From contig CALVAP010000001.1 in assembly GCA_944325625.1 (NCBI GenBank), positions 9,649-73,648 on the forward strand: a stretch of DNA of 64,000 nucleotides, read 5' to 3'. Within the stretch, counting starts at the first letter, position 1, and each line of letters starts with the position of its first letter. The notes under the pieces are model-generated. The model was given only the letters and a program-made list of their open reading frames with translations, was not told where the DNA came from and made no database searches. The position numbers and the translations under genes were made by a program. Positions 36,908 to 46,146 of the stretch are shown here, in pieces. Origin of the DNA: Candidatus Gastranaerophilales bacterium (lineage in GTDB: Bacteria; Cyanobacteriota; Vampirovibrionia; Gastranaerophilales; Gastranaerophilaceae).

Positions 36908-37348
36908 ATGGGAAAACGAAATATGAATAAAATTGTATATGGACCTATTCAAAAATATAGGCTTGATATTGCAAAACCGTCAAAAATAGCAAATGAAATG
37001 GTAAATTATATGGAGAATTTCTCTGATAGTATAGATTTGGATATCTCCAAATTTACTCAGTCTTCTAAACTTCAAAAGAATAAACAGGCAGTAAGGGTTC
37101 TTTTTGAAGCAGTTGCACAGCTTCCAGCAAAGTATTTATCGAATTCGGTGGTAGATAAAGGCGCCAGCGAGAAGGTTTCTGCTTTGGTCAGGTCTTTTAG
37201 AGCCGACAAGAATTTTATGAAAGGTCTTAGTGATATTACTGAAGATTACTGCACAGATAGATGCTATGACAACAGCAGTACACTGTTCTGCCATGATATA
37301 TTGGATAAATTGTTACAAAAAATTTTTCAACTTAATGAGCTTACATAA
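36908..37348 (+). CDS. Hypothetical protein
   Basis: 146-aa ORF with no recognised motif. An alternative start is at 36923. The 3' end overlaps leuC by 8 nt. Confidence 0.45.
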   Translation: MGKRNMNKIVYGPIQKYRLDIAKPSKIANEMVNYMENFSDSIDLDISKFTQSSKLQKNKQAVRVLFEAVAQLPAKYLSNSVVDKGASEKVSALVRSFRADKNFMKGLSDITEDYCTDRCYDNSSTLFCHDILDKLLQKIFQLNELT

Positions 37349-38609
37349 TTTCATCGGGAGAACAAATTTTTCCGGCTACTGCGCTTGAAGCGGCAATAGC
37401 GGGGCTTGAGAGATAAACCTCACTTTTTGTATGACCCATTCTGCCGACAAAGTTTCTGTTTGTGGTGGAAATCGCACGTTCTCCTTCAGCTAAAATTCCA
37501 CAATGTCCGCCAAGACAAGGACCGCAAGTTGGGGTAGAGACGGCTCCGCCTGCTTCTATTATGGTTTGAATATATCCGTTTTTAACGGCTTCAAGGTAAA
37601 TTTCCTGCGTACCGGGAAAAACAATCAGTCTTACATCATCATGAACCTTTTTCCCTTTTAAAATAGAAGCAGCAACAGCAAGGTCACTAAGTCTTCCGTT
37701 TGTACAGCTTCCTATAACTGCTTGGTTAATCTTAATTTCTCCCACTTGTGATATTGGGCGAGTGTTTTCTGGAAGATGTGGAAAAGCCACTGTGGGCTCA
37801 ATTTCGGAAACATCATATTTTATTATTTTCTCATAGGCAGCATTTTCATCGCTTTTGTATATTTTAGGCGAGCGAATGCTTCGGTTTTCGAGGTATTTTA
37901 ATGTTTTTTCGTCCGGTTCTATAATTCCATTTTTAGCTCCCGCTTCAATTGCCATATTACATATAGTGAACCGGCCGTCCATTTCCATTTCCTTTATGGC
38001 GGTTCCGCCTATTTCCAATGTTTTATATAAGGCTCCGTCAACACCTATATCGCCTATGAGGTGAAGTATTAAGTCTTTTGCACTTACCCATTTATTGAGT
38101 TTGCCGTTAAATTCAATTTTCATGGTAGAGGGGACTTTAAACCAAGTTTCGCCGCTTGCCATTGCACAGGCAAGGTCAGTTGACCCAACGCCTGTAGAAA
38201 ATGCTCCCAATGCCCCATATGTGCAAGTATGTGAATCTGCGCCAATTATCAGGTCACCGGCGGTAACTATTCCTTTGTCCGGAAGTAGTGCGTGTTCTAT
38301 CCCCATTCTTCCGACTTCAAAAAAATGAGTGAGCTTATGCTTTTTAGAAAATTCTCTTACAAGCTTAACTTGTTGGGCTGATTTTATGTCTTTGTTTGGT
38401 ACAAAATGATCAGGGACAAAGACTACTCTTGTATTATCAAAAACCCTATCTATGCCAATTTTTTCGAATTCTTTTATTGCAACTGGTCCTGTTATATCGT
38501 TTGCCAACGTTATATCTACTTTTGCAGTTATCAGATCGCCGGCTTTAACTTCTTCTAATCCGGCATGTTGTGCAAATATTTTTTCTGTAATTGTCATTGG
38601 ACGGGTCAT
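37341..38609 (-). CDS. leuC: 3-isopropylmalate dehydratase large subunit (aconitase-family, ~420-aa type)
   Basis: [42 protein letters not shown]. Confidence 0.88.
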   Translation of the reverse strand: MTRPMTITEKIFAQHAGLEEVKAGDLITAKVDITLANDITGPVAIKEFEKIGIDRVFDNTRVVFVPDHFVPNKDIKSAQQVKLVREFSKKHKLTHFFEVGRMGIEHALLPDKGIVTAGDLIIGADSHTCTYGALGAFSTGVGSTDLACAMASGETWFKVPSTMKIEFNGKLNKWVSAKDLILHLIGDIGVDGALYKTLEIGGTAIKEMEMDGRFTICNMAIEAGAKNGIIEPDEKTLKYLENRSIRSPKIYKSDENAAYEKIIKYDVSEIEPTVAFPHLPENTRPISQVGEIKINQAVIGSCTNGRLSDLAVAASILKGKKVHDDVRLIVFPGTQEIYLEAVKNGYIQTIIEAGGAVSTPTCGPCLGGHCGILAEGERAISTTNRNFVGRMGHTKSEVYLSSPAIAASSAVAGKICSPDEIM

Positions 38610-38612
38610 TTA

Positions 38613-38819
38613 TCACTCCTCATTAATTCTCAATTGTTCAAGTTCTTTTCTTTGAGCTTCCAGTGCATAATCATTTATTGCCTTAACTTCGTCTGTTATT
38701 TGTTTTGCACAGCTCTGCATTTTACCTGTCTGTACTACGGGATTAACTGCATCAAGGCTCTCACATCCGCTACAGAATGATATCAGAATAATTGCTGTCA
38801 ACAATATTATTCTTTTCAT
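38613..38819 (-). CDS. Small putative lipoprotein
   Basis: 68 aa. MKRIILLTAIILISFCSGC is a signal peptide with a lipobox-like Cys. The ATG directly abuts the upstream stop (TAAATG). The leuC RBS lies within its last codons. Confidence 0.55.
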   Translation of the reverse strand: MKRIILLTAIILISFCSGCESLDAVNPVVQTGKMQSCAKQITDEVKAINDYALEAQRKELEQLRINEE

Positions 38820-39662
38820 TTATCTTTTTTTAACTCTTACACCTTCTACCTCGTGGACATTTTCTATGGAGATGAAGGCGGTTTCATCTACTTCTTTAAC
38901 AAGTTGTTTCAATTTGGTAACTTCAAGACGAGAAATTACGCAGTAGACTATACGTTTTGGTTGTCCCGAATACCCGCCTTCTGCGTCAATATATGTAACA
39001 CTTACGCCCATTTGACTTATTATTTTATCGCCCATTTCTTTTGAATAGTCTGTTACAACCCATACGGACTTGCTTTCATTCAATCCCTCAAGTACCACAT
39101 CAATTACTTTGTATGCGATAAAATATGTCAGCATAGAATACATTGCGCGATCAAAACCAAACAAAAATCCGGCAGCAAAAAAGATAAATATGTTGAATGT
39201 CATGATAATTTCGCCGATAGAAAAACCGAGTTTGGGCGCAAGCCTTATTGCTATTATTTCAGTTCCGTCTAAAGAACCGTTGTTTCTAAGAATTAGCCCC
39301 ACACCAAAACCAAGAATAACTCCGCCAAATACTGCTGCGAGTGTTAAATCACTTGTTATTGTGTGCCCATGAAAAACAGATACAAACAGGGCTAAGCAGG
39401 TAATTCCCCAAAAAGTATTGAATACAAATTTTTTGCCGAATTTCTGCAAAGCGAGAAATATGAATGGCATATTTAAACAGAAAATTACAGCACCAAGGGG
39501 AACATTCTTAAGCAGATAATCGACCATAATTGATACCCCGATTATTCCACCGTCAATTATGGTATTTGGTACAAGAAAACACTCCAAACTTGCTGCGGCG
39601 ATTGCTGCTCCTATTGTTATAAAAAATAAATTATGTAGAAATAGTCCCAAAAATTTTTTCAT
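38820..39662 (-). CDS. YitT-family membrane protein (DUF161 repeats + DUF2179 C-domain)
   Basis: 280 aa. N-terminal TM core with the IDGGIIGVS motif and a soluble C-terminal domain (VTYIDAEGGYSG...ISRLEVTKLKQLV). Confidence 0.75.
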   Translation of the reverse strand: MKKFLGLFLHNLFFITIGAAIAAASLECFLVPNTIIDGGIIGVSIMVDYLLKNVPLGAVIFCLNMPFIFLALQKFGKKFVFNTFWGITCLALFVSVFHGHTITSDLTLAAVFGGVILGFGVGLILRNNGSLDGTEIIAIRLAPKLGFSIGEIIMTFNIFIFFAAGFLFGFDRAMYSMLTYFIAYKVIDVVLEGLNESKSVWVVTDYSKEMGDKIISQMGVSVTYIDAEGGYSGQPKRIVYCVISRLEVTKLKQLVKEVDETAFISIENVHEVEGVRVKKR

Positions 39663-40018
39663 AGCTATATAATATTATAATTTTATAAAAATTGCACGTT
39701 TTTTATTTGTGGGTGAAAAGCAAAGCGTGAAGTTTTGTAAATTTTATTTTTTGGTAAGGTGTGTTATCCTTCTCTATTCTTATTATAGTGTTTAATTAAT
39801 ATTTATATATTTTTTATGTTTTTTTAAACTCTGAAGAAAAAAGAAGAAATAATTCTGAATTTTTATCCAATTTGAAAGCAATTTTTATACACAAAAATAG
39901 TTTATATAAAATGTAAGGGATATGAAGATTAAATGATGTCCAAACGAGTTTTTGAAGATTTTGGACGGGGAAAAAGTTTTTATTTGTACTCTCTCTCTTA
40001 ATATCCTCGTGTTTATTT

Positions 40019-40049
40019 AATGTTTGCAAGATTTGCAAACATTTTTTTT
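40019..40049 (+). terminator. Orphan rho-independent terminator (no annotated + strand gene upstream)
   Basis: aatgtttgcaa-gat-ttgcaaacatt followed by TTTTTTTG. A T-run is present only on the + strand. Confidence 0.6.
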
Positions 40050-40171
40050 GTGCAAAAATTTTTTATTTACCCTACACTAAATAGTTGATTTTTCGGTATA
40101 AAATGACTTTTTTTGACTTTTTTGACGACATCATTATGTATAATGTAGATAGTTAAAGGAATGGTTAGAAG

Positions 40172-40870
40172 ATGACTTTATATGGCGGAATTCAATTTAA
40201 AGACACCGGAATCGCAGCAAACCTGCGGACGATGCACCTTGATACCGAAATATTGGGGATAATCAACGAAAACATAAACGGTTTTGATAAAATTGGTTAT
40301 CAGAGAAAAGAAGCGGTAGTTTCTTCTTTTAGTTCAATTATTGGTGTACATGGGCTTTCTGTTAGCAAAGATGATACGGTAGGCAGGCTTGATTATTCCC
40401 AAAATCCATTAGATATAGCTCTTTCCGAAAAAGGTTATTTTCAAGTGGAAGGTCCTGAAGGAGTAAAAGCGGTTAGAGATGGCAGATTTAAGCTTGATGT
40501 AGATGGTAATCTTCTTACGTTAGATAATTCAAAGGTTTTGGCAAACAATGGTATGCCAATTGTTTTCCCGTTTTCACCAAGGCAACTCGAGGATATTAAG
40601 GTTAATAAAAACGGAGATATTAGTGTTTTCAATGAGAAAACAAATAAAATGGAGTATGTAGCTACGCTCTCGGTGGTTACTGATAATGGACTTGCTGTGC
40701 TTGAACCGGGAGTTGTTCAAGGATATAATGAGGCTTCTAATATAAATTTTAACTCCGAGGTTATGGAGTTAGTTGGTTTGAGAAGAAACTTCGAGGCAAA
40801 CAGGAAACTGTTTGTAATTCAAAATAGCAATCTTAGAAAAGCAATCCAAGAACTTGGCACATCATCATAA
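40172..40870 (+). CDS. flgF: Flagellar basal-body rod protein, FlgF-like (divergent)
   Basis: 232 aa. The N-terminal INENINGFDKIGYQRK is a relaxed ANN-AN--T-GFK motif. Also NPLDIALSEKGYFQV, RDGRFKLDVDGNLLT, and C-terminal VQGYNEASNINFNSEVMELVGLRRNFEAN. Confidence 0.75.
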   Translation: MTLYGGIQFKDTGIAANLRTMHLDTEILGIINENINGFDKIGYQRKEAVVSSFSSIIGVHGLSVSKDDTVGRLDYSQNPLDIALSEKGYFQVEGPEGVKAVRDGRFKLDVDGNLLTLDNSKVLANNGMPIVFPFSPRQLEDIKVNKNGDISVFNEKTNKMEYVATLSVVTDNGLAVLEPGVVQGYNEASNINFNSEVMELVGLRRNFEANRKLFVIQNSNLRKAIQELGTSS

Positions 40871-40880
40871 GGAATAGCTA

Positions 40881-41594
40881 ATGTATAACTTGCAAGGTTT
40901 AATAAGAAGAAATATAGTAAATGCAAATGCTCAGTTTGAAAAACTGGGTTATGTTACGTCTAATGTTTCGAATTATAGTACAAATGCATATAAACCGGTA
41001 CGCTTTGAGTCAATGTTGGATGAAGATGGTTATTTAAGCGGAGAGTTGAGAACAGATTTTTCGCAAGGGTCTTTAAGGTTGACTCATAGACCTTTGGATA
41101 TTGGGATTGACGGGGTTGGGTTTATTCCTGTAACATCAGAGAACGGAGAAGTTACTTATACTCGTGACGGGTCTTTAAAAGTTGATAAAGACGGATATCT
41201 TATCACTAATGACGGGCATATTGTTGGTGATGGAATAAAACTTCCAGTAAATTACTACAGAATTTACATTCAAAAGAATGGTGATGTACAGTGTGTTTAT
41301 GAAAATGGAGGAAAGCCTGAAGTAATTGGAAGAATTCCGCTTGTAAATTTTCCAAATCCCGAAGGCTTGAAACTGGCAAATGGAAACAAATACATAGCAA
41401 CGCAAGAATCCGGTGAGCCGGTTTTGATGAAGTCCCAAGAATCTATACAACAAGGATATCTGGAAATGTCCAATACTAACGTATATGATAGCGTTAACGA
41501 TGTTTTGAGATTGAATGCGTCTATGATTGCCAGTGCAAAGCTTATGAAGGTTGTAGATGATATGTATTATAAAGCCATTAATTTGGATGAATAA
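40881..41594 (+). CDS. flgG: Flagellar basal-body rod protein, FlgG-like
   Basis: 237 aa. NVSNYSTNAYK, RPLDIGIDGVGFIPV, YTRDGSLKVDKDGYLIT, and C-terminal QQGYLEMSNTNVYDSVNDVLRLNASM. Confidence 0.8.
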   Translation: MYNLQGLIRRNIVNANAQFEKLGYVTSNVSNYSTNAYKPVRFESMLDEDGYLSGELRTDFSQGSLRLTHRPLDIGIDGVGFIPVTSENGEVTYTRDGSLKVDKDGYLITNDGHIVGDGIKLPVNYYRIYIQKNGDVQCVYENGGKPEVIGRIPLVNFPNPEGLKLANGNKYIATQESGEPVLMKSQESIQQGYLEMSNTNVYDSVNDVLRLNASMIASAKLMKVVDDMYYKAINLDE

Positions 41595-41609
41595 TAAAGG
41601 GGAAGAAAA

Positions 41610-41960
41610 ATGACATATACACCGACGGATAGTATAGGAAAAACAAATTTGGTATTGGATTTGGCAGCACAACGTCAAAGGGCGTTGGGTGCAAATATTG
41701 CCAATATTGATACTCCGGGCTATCGTAGGAAGGATATTGAGTTCGGTCAGTATCTCGGTGTAATGAATAGCCCGTTGGAAACGGAATTATCTATAAAACT
41801 GGGACCCAGTGCCGTTATAGAATCTGTCGGGTCTATGGATATTGATCCGGCGTTTGAGCTTGCAGAAATGCAGAAAAACGCGCTTATATACACTGTTGCG
41901 ACAAGACGAATGTCAAATATTGTAACTGAGATGAAAACTGTTATCAATGTTGGTAAATAA
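41610..41960 (+). CDS. flgB: Flagellar basal-body rod protein FlgB
   Basis: 116 aa. LDLAAQRQRALGANIANIDTPGYRRKDIEF is the FlgB signature. Confidence 0.85.
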   Translation: MTYTPTDSIGKTNLVLDLAAQRQRALGANIANIDTPGYRRKDIEFGQYLGVMNSPLETELSIKLGPSAVIESVGSMDIDPAFELAEMQKNALIYTVATRRMSNIVTEMKTVINVGK

Positions 41961-41971
41961 TGTTTATTAAG

Positions 41972-43138
41972 TTACTTTTGCCTTAGTTTTGTTATAAAAT
42001 GCTCCAACTTATTCATGGCAATTTTAAGTGTTTCTAAGGAGTAGGCGTATGATATTCTCAAAAACCCTTCTCCACTTTCGCCAAAAGCTGTTCCAGGCAC
42101 AAGAGCGACTTTTTCATCCTGTAAAAATTTTGTTGCAAATTCTTCGCTCGTCATCCCAAATTCTTTAATGCAGGGAAAAACATAGAAGGCACCATAAGGT
42201 TCAAAACAATCAAGCTTCATTTCTTTAAATCGGTGTAATAAAAAACGACGACGTTGATTGTATGCGGTTCGCATTTCTTTTACATCATTATCACCGTTTT
42301 TGAGTGCTTCAATAGCTGCATATTGGCTGGTAGTCGGAGCACACATTATTGCATATTGATGAATTTTTGTCATCTGAGCAATAATTTCTTTGGGACCGCA
42401 AACGTACCCCAATCTCCAACCCGTCATTGCATATGCTTTAGAAAAACCCTCAATCAATAGTGTTCGTTCTTTCATTCCTTCAAATTCTACAATAGAGGAA
42501 TGTTTGCCGTCATATGTAAGTGCAGCATATATTTCGTCTGACATAACAAGAATATCTTTTTCAACAATAATTTTGGCAATTTTAGATAAATCATCCTTTG
42601 TCATAATTGCGCCTGTAGGGTTATTGGGGTAAGGAAGAACAAGAATTTTGGTTTTGTCGGTAATAGCTGATAGGAGTTCTCCCGGTGTTAATCTAAAATC
42701 ATTTTCCGCTTTCAGTTGAATAATTTTAGGAACAGCGCCGGCAAGAATGGCGCATGGTTCGTATGAAACATAGCTTGGCTGAGGAATAAGAACTTCATCA
42801 CCTTGATTTATTAATGCCCTAAAACCGATATCAATTGCCTCGGAACCGCCAACAGTTACGAGAATTTCATTATCGGGGCAGTAACTTACCCCCCTTGTCC
42901 TTTTAATAAAGTTGCTTATTTCCTGACGAAGGTCTTTTAGTCCGGAGTTTGATGTATAGAAAGTTTTGCCTTTTTCGAGCGAGTATATGCCTTCTTCTCT
43001 AATATGCCAAGGTGTATCAAAGTCGGGTTCCCCTACTCCCAAAGATATTGCATCTTTCATTTCGCTTACTATATCAAAAAACTTACGAATACCGGATGGT
43101 TTTATACTTACAATATTTTCTGCCAAAAATTTGTTCAC
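41972..43138 (-). CDS. Class I/II PLP-dependent aminotransferase
   Basis: 388 aa. LGVGEPDFDTP, PNNPTG, SKAYAMTGWRLGY (PLP-lysine block). Confidence 0.88.
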   Translation of the reverse strand: MNKFLAENIVSIKPSGIRKFFDIVSEMKDAISLGVGEPDFDTPWHIREEGIYSLEKGKTFYTSNSGLKDLRQEISNFIKRTRGVSYCPDNEILVTVGGSEAIDIGFRALINQGDEVLIPQPSYVSYEPCAILAGAVPKIIQLKAENDFRLTPGELLSAITDKTKILVLPYPNNPTGAIMTKDDLSKIAKIIVEKDILVMSDEIYAALTYDGKHSSIVEFEGMKERTLLIEGFSKAYAMTGWRLGYVCGPKEIIAQMTKIHQYAIMCAPTTSQYAAIEALKNGDNDVKEMRTAYNQRRRFLLHRFKEMKLDCFEPYGAFYVFPCIKEFGMTSEEFATKFLQDEKVALVPGTAFGESGEGFLRISYAYSLETLKIAMNKLEHFITKLRQK

Positions 43139-43617
43139 GGGGAAATAACCTCTCTTTGGTCTTCTTCGTGGACTGAAAGAATTGTTCCGTGGTCTTTATA
43201 TTTTTTTAGAATAAAATGAGTAGCTGTACTAATTACACTATCAAGTCCTGATAATTTCTCAGAGACGAACATTGCAATATCCTTTAAAGATTTTTCTTCC
43301 AATGTAACAAGAAGGTCATATCCGCCCGAGATTAGATAAACAGCTTTGACCTCGGGATATTTGTATATTCTTTCGGCAATATGGTCAAAACCTTTGCCTC
43401 TTTGGGGAGTAACACGAACTTCTATTAGTGCGTTAACTTTTTCAATCGATGTTTTTTCCCAATTTATTAAAGTGTGGTAACCGCAGATTATCCCTTCTTT
43501 TTCTAACGCGCAAAGTTCATTGACTACATCAATCTCCCCGACGCCAAGCATAACTGCAAGTTCTTTTAAATCAATTCTACTATTTTTTTCAATTATAGAG
43601 AGTAATTCGTCTCTCAT
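43135..43617 (-). CDS. Lrp/AsnC-family transcriptional regulator
   Basis: 160 aa. N-terminal HTH (IIEKNSRIDLKELAVMLGVGE) and a RAM-type C-domain. Overlaps the aminotransferase start by 4 nt. Confidence 0.85.
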   Translation of the reverse strand: MRDELLSIIEKNSRIDLKELAVMLGVGEIDVVNELCALEKEGIICGYHTLINWEKTSIEKVNALIEVRVTPQRGKGFDHIAERIYKYPEVKAVYLISGGYDLLVTLEEKSLKDIAMFVSEKLSGLDSVISTATHFILKKYKDHGTILSVHEEDQREVISP

Positions 43618-43798
43618 TATATTTCTCCCTGAGTTAGATTTTACAATTGAGATTATTATAGCAGTTATAAAAAAATTTGGATAGCATTTTTTGAATGATG
43701 ATATTAGCGCATAGATTATGTATTGTTTTTTCGTTTTTTTTGGAGTAAGTTAAGTTTAAATAAACACGAATTAGTCATTTTAAAATAGGAGAAAATTC

Positions 43799-44758
43799 AT
43801 GACTGAAAGAAAATTAGTTGGAACAAACGAAATGTTCAAAAAAGCATTAGCAGGCGGATACGCAATTGGTGCTTACAACGTAAACAACATGGAAATTCTG
43901 CAAGGTATTGCAGAGGCGGCTGAAGAAACTCGTTCACCAATAATTTTGCAAGTTTCAGCAGGTGCAAGAAAATACGCTAACCAAACATATCTTATTAAGT
44001 TGGTTGAAGCAGCATTGGCAACAACTACAGTGCCTATCGCTTTGCACTTAGACCATGGTGCAGATTTTGAAATTTGTAAAGCATGTATAGACGGCGGTTT
44101 CTCATCAGTTATGATAGACGGTTCAAGATTTTCATTTGAAGAAAACGTTGCAGTTACTAAGAAAGTTGTTGAGTATGCTCATGAAAGAGGAGTTTCAGTT
44201 GAAGCAGAACTTGGTAAACTTGCAGGTGTAGAAGACGATGTAAATGTTGATGCAAAAGATGCAAAATATACTAACGTTAAAGAAGCTGTAGAATTTGTAA
44301 GACAAACAGGTTGTGATTCTTTGGCAATAGCAATTGGTACATCACATGGAGCATACAAGTTTGCAGGTGAAGCAAAATTAGACTTTGACAGACTTAAAGA
44401 AATTAAAGATGCATTGAAAGAAGCAGGTTTTGGTGATTACCCGATAGTTCTTCACGGTTCTTCATCAGTACCGCAAGACCTTGTAGCTAAGTGTAACAAA
44501 TACGGCGGTAAATTGCCTAATGCACAAGGTGTTCCGGAAGATATGCTGGCATATGCTTCAAAACATGGTGTTGCTAAAATCAACATTGATACAGACTTGA
44601 GATTGGCTATGACTTCAACAATCAGAGAGTTCTTTGTTGAACATCCGGAAAAATTCGACCCACGAGAATATATGGGACCTGGAAGAACTGCTGTAAAAGA
44701 ACTTGTTATGCACAAGATGAGAGATGTTCTTGGAACAGCCGGTCATGCAGATGACTAA
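43799..44758 (+). CDS. fba: Class II fructose-1,6-bisphosphate aldolase
   Basis: GAYNVNNME, LHLDHG, GTSHGAYKF, LHGSSSVP. Confidence 0.93.
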   Translation: MTERKLVGTNEMFKKALAGGYAIGAYNVNNMEILQGIAEAAEETRSPIILQVSAGARKYANQTYLIKLVEAALATTTVPIALHLDHGADFEICKACIDGGFSSVMIDGSRFSFEENVAVTKKVVEYAHERGVSVEAELGKLAGVEDDVNVDAKDAKYTNVKEAVEFVRQTGCDSLAIAIGTSHGAYKFAGEAKLDFDRLKEIKDALKEAGFGDYPIVLHGSSSVPQDLVAKCNKYGGKLPNAQGVPEDMLAYASKHGVAKINIDTDLRLAMTSTIREFFVEHPEKFDPREYMGPGRTAVKELVMHKMRDVLGTAGHADD

Positions 44759-44777
44759 TTAATTATAAAAATATTCT

Positions 44778-44810
44778 AAAGGCAGTCGGTTATTACCGAC
44801 TGCCCTTTTA
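44778..44810 (+). terminator. Rho-independent terminator of fba
   Basis: aaaggcagtcgg-ttattac-cgactgcccttt hairpin (one bulged C) followed by TTTTAT. Confidence 0.75.
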
Positions 44811-44905
44811 TATGATTGTGTGTTCTTGGTTCGGCTAATTTATATGTTTTTGTTTTTAATGTAGTATAATGTTGTAAGAAGCATTAACTGGTAAGGAAAT
44901 ATACA

Positions 44906-45415
44906 ATGATAGAAATGAAAGTTATGGGTATAGCGCTTGATACGAGGACAGGTTCTCCTATTGTCGTTTTGCATGATTTAGACAACAGAAGAGCTTTGCC
45001 GATATGGATTGGCTCAGCCGAAGCAAGTGCAATAATCAGAAAGATAGAGAACCTAAAAGTTCAACGCCCCATGACCCATGATTTGATTATTGATGTTATA
45101 AAGAAAACGGGGTATGAGGTTGATCGTATTGAAATAAGTGATGTGGATGATGATACATACTTTGCTACTATCTTTTTACAGAACAAGAATGGTGATGAGG
45201 CGCAAATTGACTCTCGTCCATCGGATGCAATAGCAGTGGCAATAAGAGTTGATGCTCCAATATATGTATCGGCAGCGGTTCTGGCCGAGGGGTCAATTTC
45301 CAGTGATGCAGCTAAAGATGAGGAAGAAGCAGAGGAGTTTAAAAACTTTATACAAAGTATTAAACCATCTGATTTTGAGAAACTTCTAAAGGATAATGAC
45401 AAGTTCAACCAATAA
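44906..45415 (+). CDS. Bifunctional nuclease (BFN/DUF151) domain protein
   Basis: MKVMGIALDTRTGSPIVVLHDLDNRRALPIWIGSAEASAI and RPSDAIAVAIRVDAPIYV match the BFN fold pattern. The tail is acidic. Confidence 0.75.
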   Translation: MIEMKVMGIALDTRTGSPIVVLHDLDNRRALPIWIGSAEASAIIRKIENLKVQRPMTHDLIIDVIKKTGYEVDRIEISDVDDDTYFATIFLQNKNGDEAQIDSRPSDAIAVAIRVDAPIYVSAAVLAEGSISSDAAKDEEEAEEFKNFIQSIKPSDFEKLLKDNDKFNQ

Positions 45416-45692
45416 GTTTTCCGTTGTTAAAGTTTAAAACGGAATTTCTGCCAAAAAGGCTATTGAGTGTTTCTTCGTTACTTTGCAAGTTAAAAGCAGA
45501 TATAGATGATTGAGAACGAGATTGAGTTGAAGAAAAAGCGTTCATGTTTTGCTGCAAAGTTTTACCGTTCAAAGTCTGATTTGATGATGAGTTAGAGGTT
45601 TGAGTTTTGTTAGAAATTTTTCTTGCCAGACCAAGAGATGTCAAACCTATTGCGGATGTTTCGCTGTGTAAAAATTTTCCAAAATTAAGCAT
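45405..45692 (-). CDS. Hypothetical S/N/Q-rich 95-aa protein
   Basis: RBS GGAAGG 9 nt upstream of the ATG. Low-complexity polar sequence. The 3' end overlaps the BFN gene by 11 nt. Confidence 0.45.
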   Translation of the reverse strand: MLNFGKFLHSETSAIGLTSLGLARKISNKTQTSNSSSNQTLNGKTLQQNMNAFSSTQSRSQSSISAFNLQSNEETLNSLFGRNSVLNFNNGKLIG

Positions 45693-45734
45693 TCTTTATA
45701 ACCTTCCAAAACTTAGTACCAATTTATATAAACA

Positions 45735-45763
45735 TTGGCAGGAGTCTTATTTTATTGTATAAT
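45735..45763 (+). promoter_or_regulatory. Near-consensus sigma-70 promoter for the DUF1858 gene
   Basis: TTGGCA (45735-45740), 17-nt spacer, TATAAT (45758-45763). Confidence 0.55.
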
Positions 45764-45819
45764 CATACTAACATCTTAATGAAAATTTTTTGGAAATCAA
45801 CATTAGAAAGGATGATATT

Positions 45820-46020
45820 ATGTCAGAAAAAGTAACAAAAGAAATGGGGATATTAGAGATTGTACAAAGATATCCTGAAGCGTTGCCGGTATTTGCAAAA
45901 TATGGATTGGGCTGTATAGGTTGCGCAGCGGCAAGGTTTGAAAATCTTGAAGCCGGAGCAAAAGTTCACGGCGTTGATCCCGAACAGATGGTTGCGGAAA
46001 TTAACGAGCTAATCGGTTAA
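45820..46020 (+). CDS. DUF1858-type small redox-disulfide domain protein
   Basis: 66 aa from ATG 45820 (RBS AAAGGA). EIVQRYPEALPVFAKYGLGCIGCAAARFENLEAGAKVHGVD fits the hybrid-cluster-protein-associated CxxC domain. Confidence 0.7.
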   Translation: MSEKVTKEMGILEIVQRYPEALPVFAKYGLGCIGCAAARFENLEAGAKVHGVDPEQMVAEINELIG

Positions 46021-46031
46021 TTGAAAGATTT

Positions 46032-46057
46032 AAGGCATGCCAAAAGGCATGCCTTTT
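46032..46057 (+). terminator. Rho-independent terminator of the DUF1858 gene
   Basis: aaggcatgcc-aaaa-ggcatgcctt followed by a T-run. Confidence 0.8.
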
Positions 46058-46146
46058 ATATATTTTGAAGCGGTATTTAATGTAATATTGAACTTAAGAA
46101 GAGTTGGTTGTAAAATAAGTTTGCAATAAAGTTTCGAGGAGCCGTT

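Noticed and set aside
39814-40038. 74-aa minus-strand ORF in the 509-bp gap upstream of the rod genes.
   Set aside because: The start codon lies inside the terminator hairpin, there is no RBS, and the composition is that of AT-rich non-coding DNA. The region is treated as non-coding or sRNA-candidate instead.
45405-45692. The 95-aa S/N/Q-rich protein as the anti-sigma-28 factor FlgM.
   Set aside because: Size and disorder-like composition fit, but I could not find the conserved C-terminal sigma-28-binding helix pattern, and no fliA or flagellar gene is adjacent.
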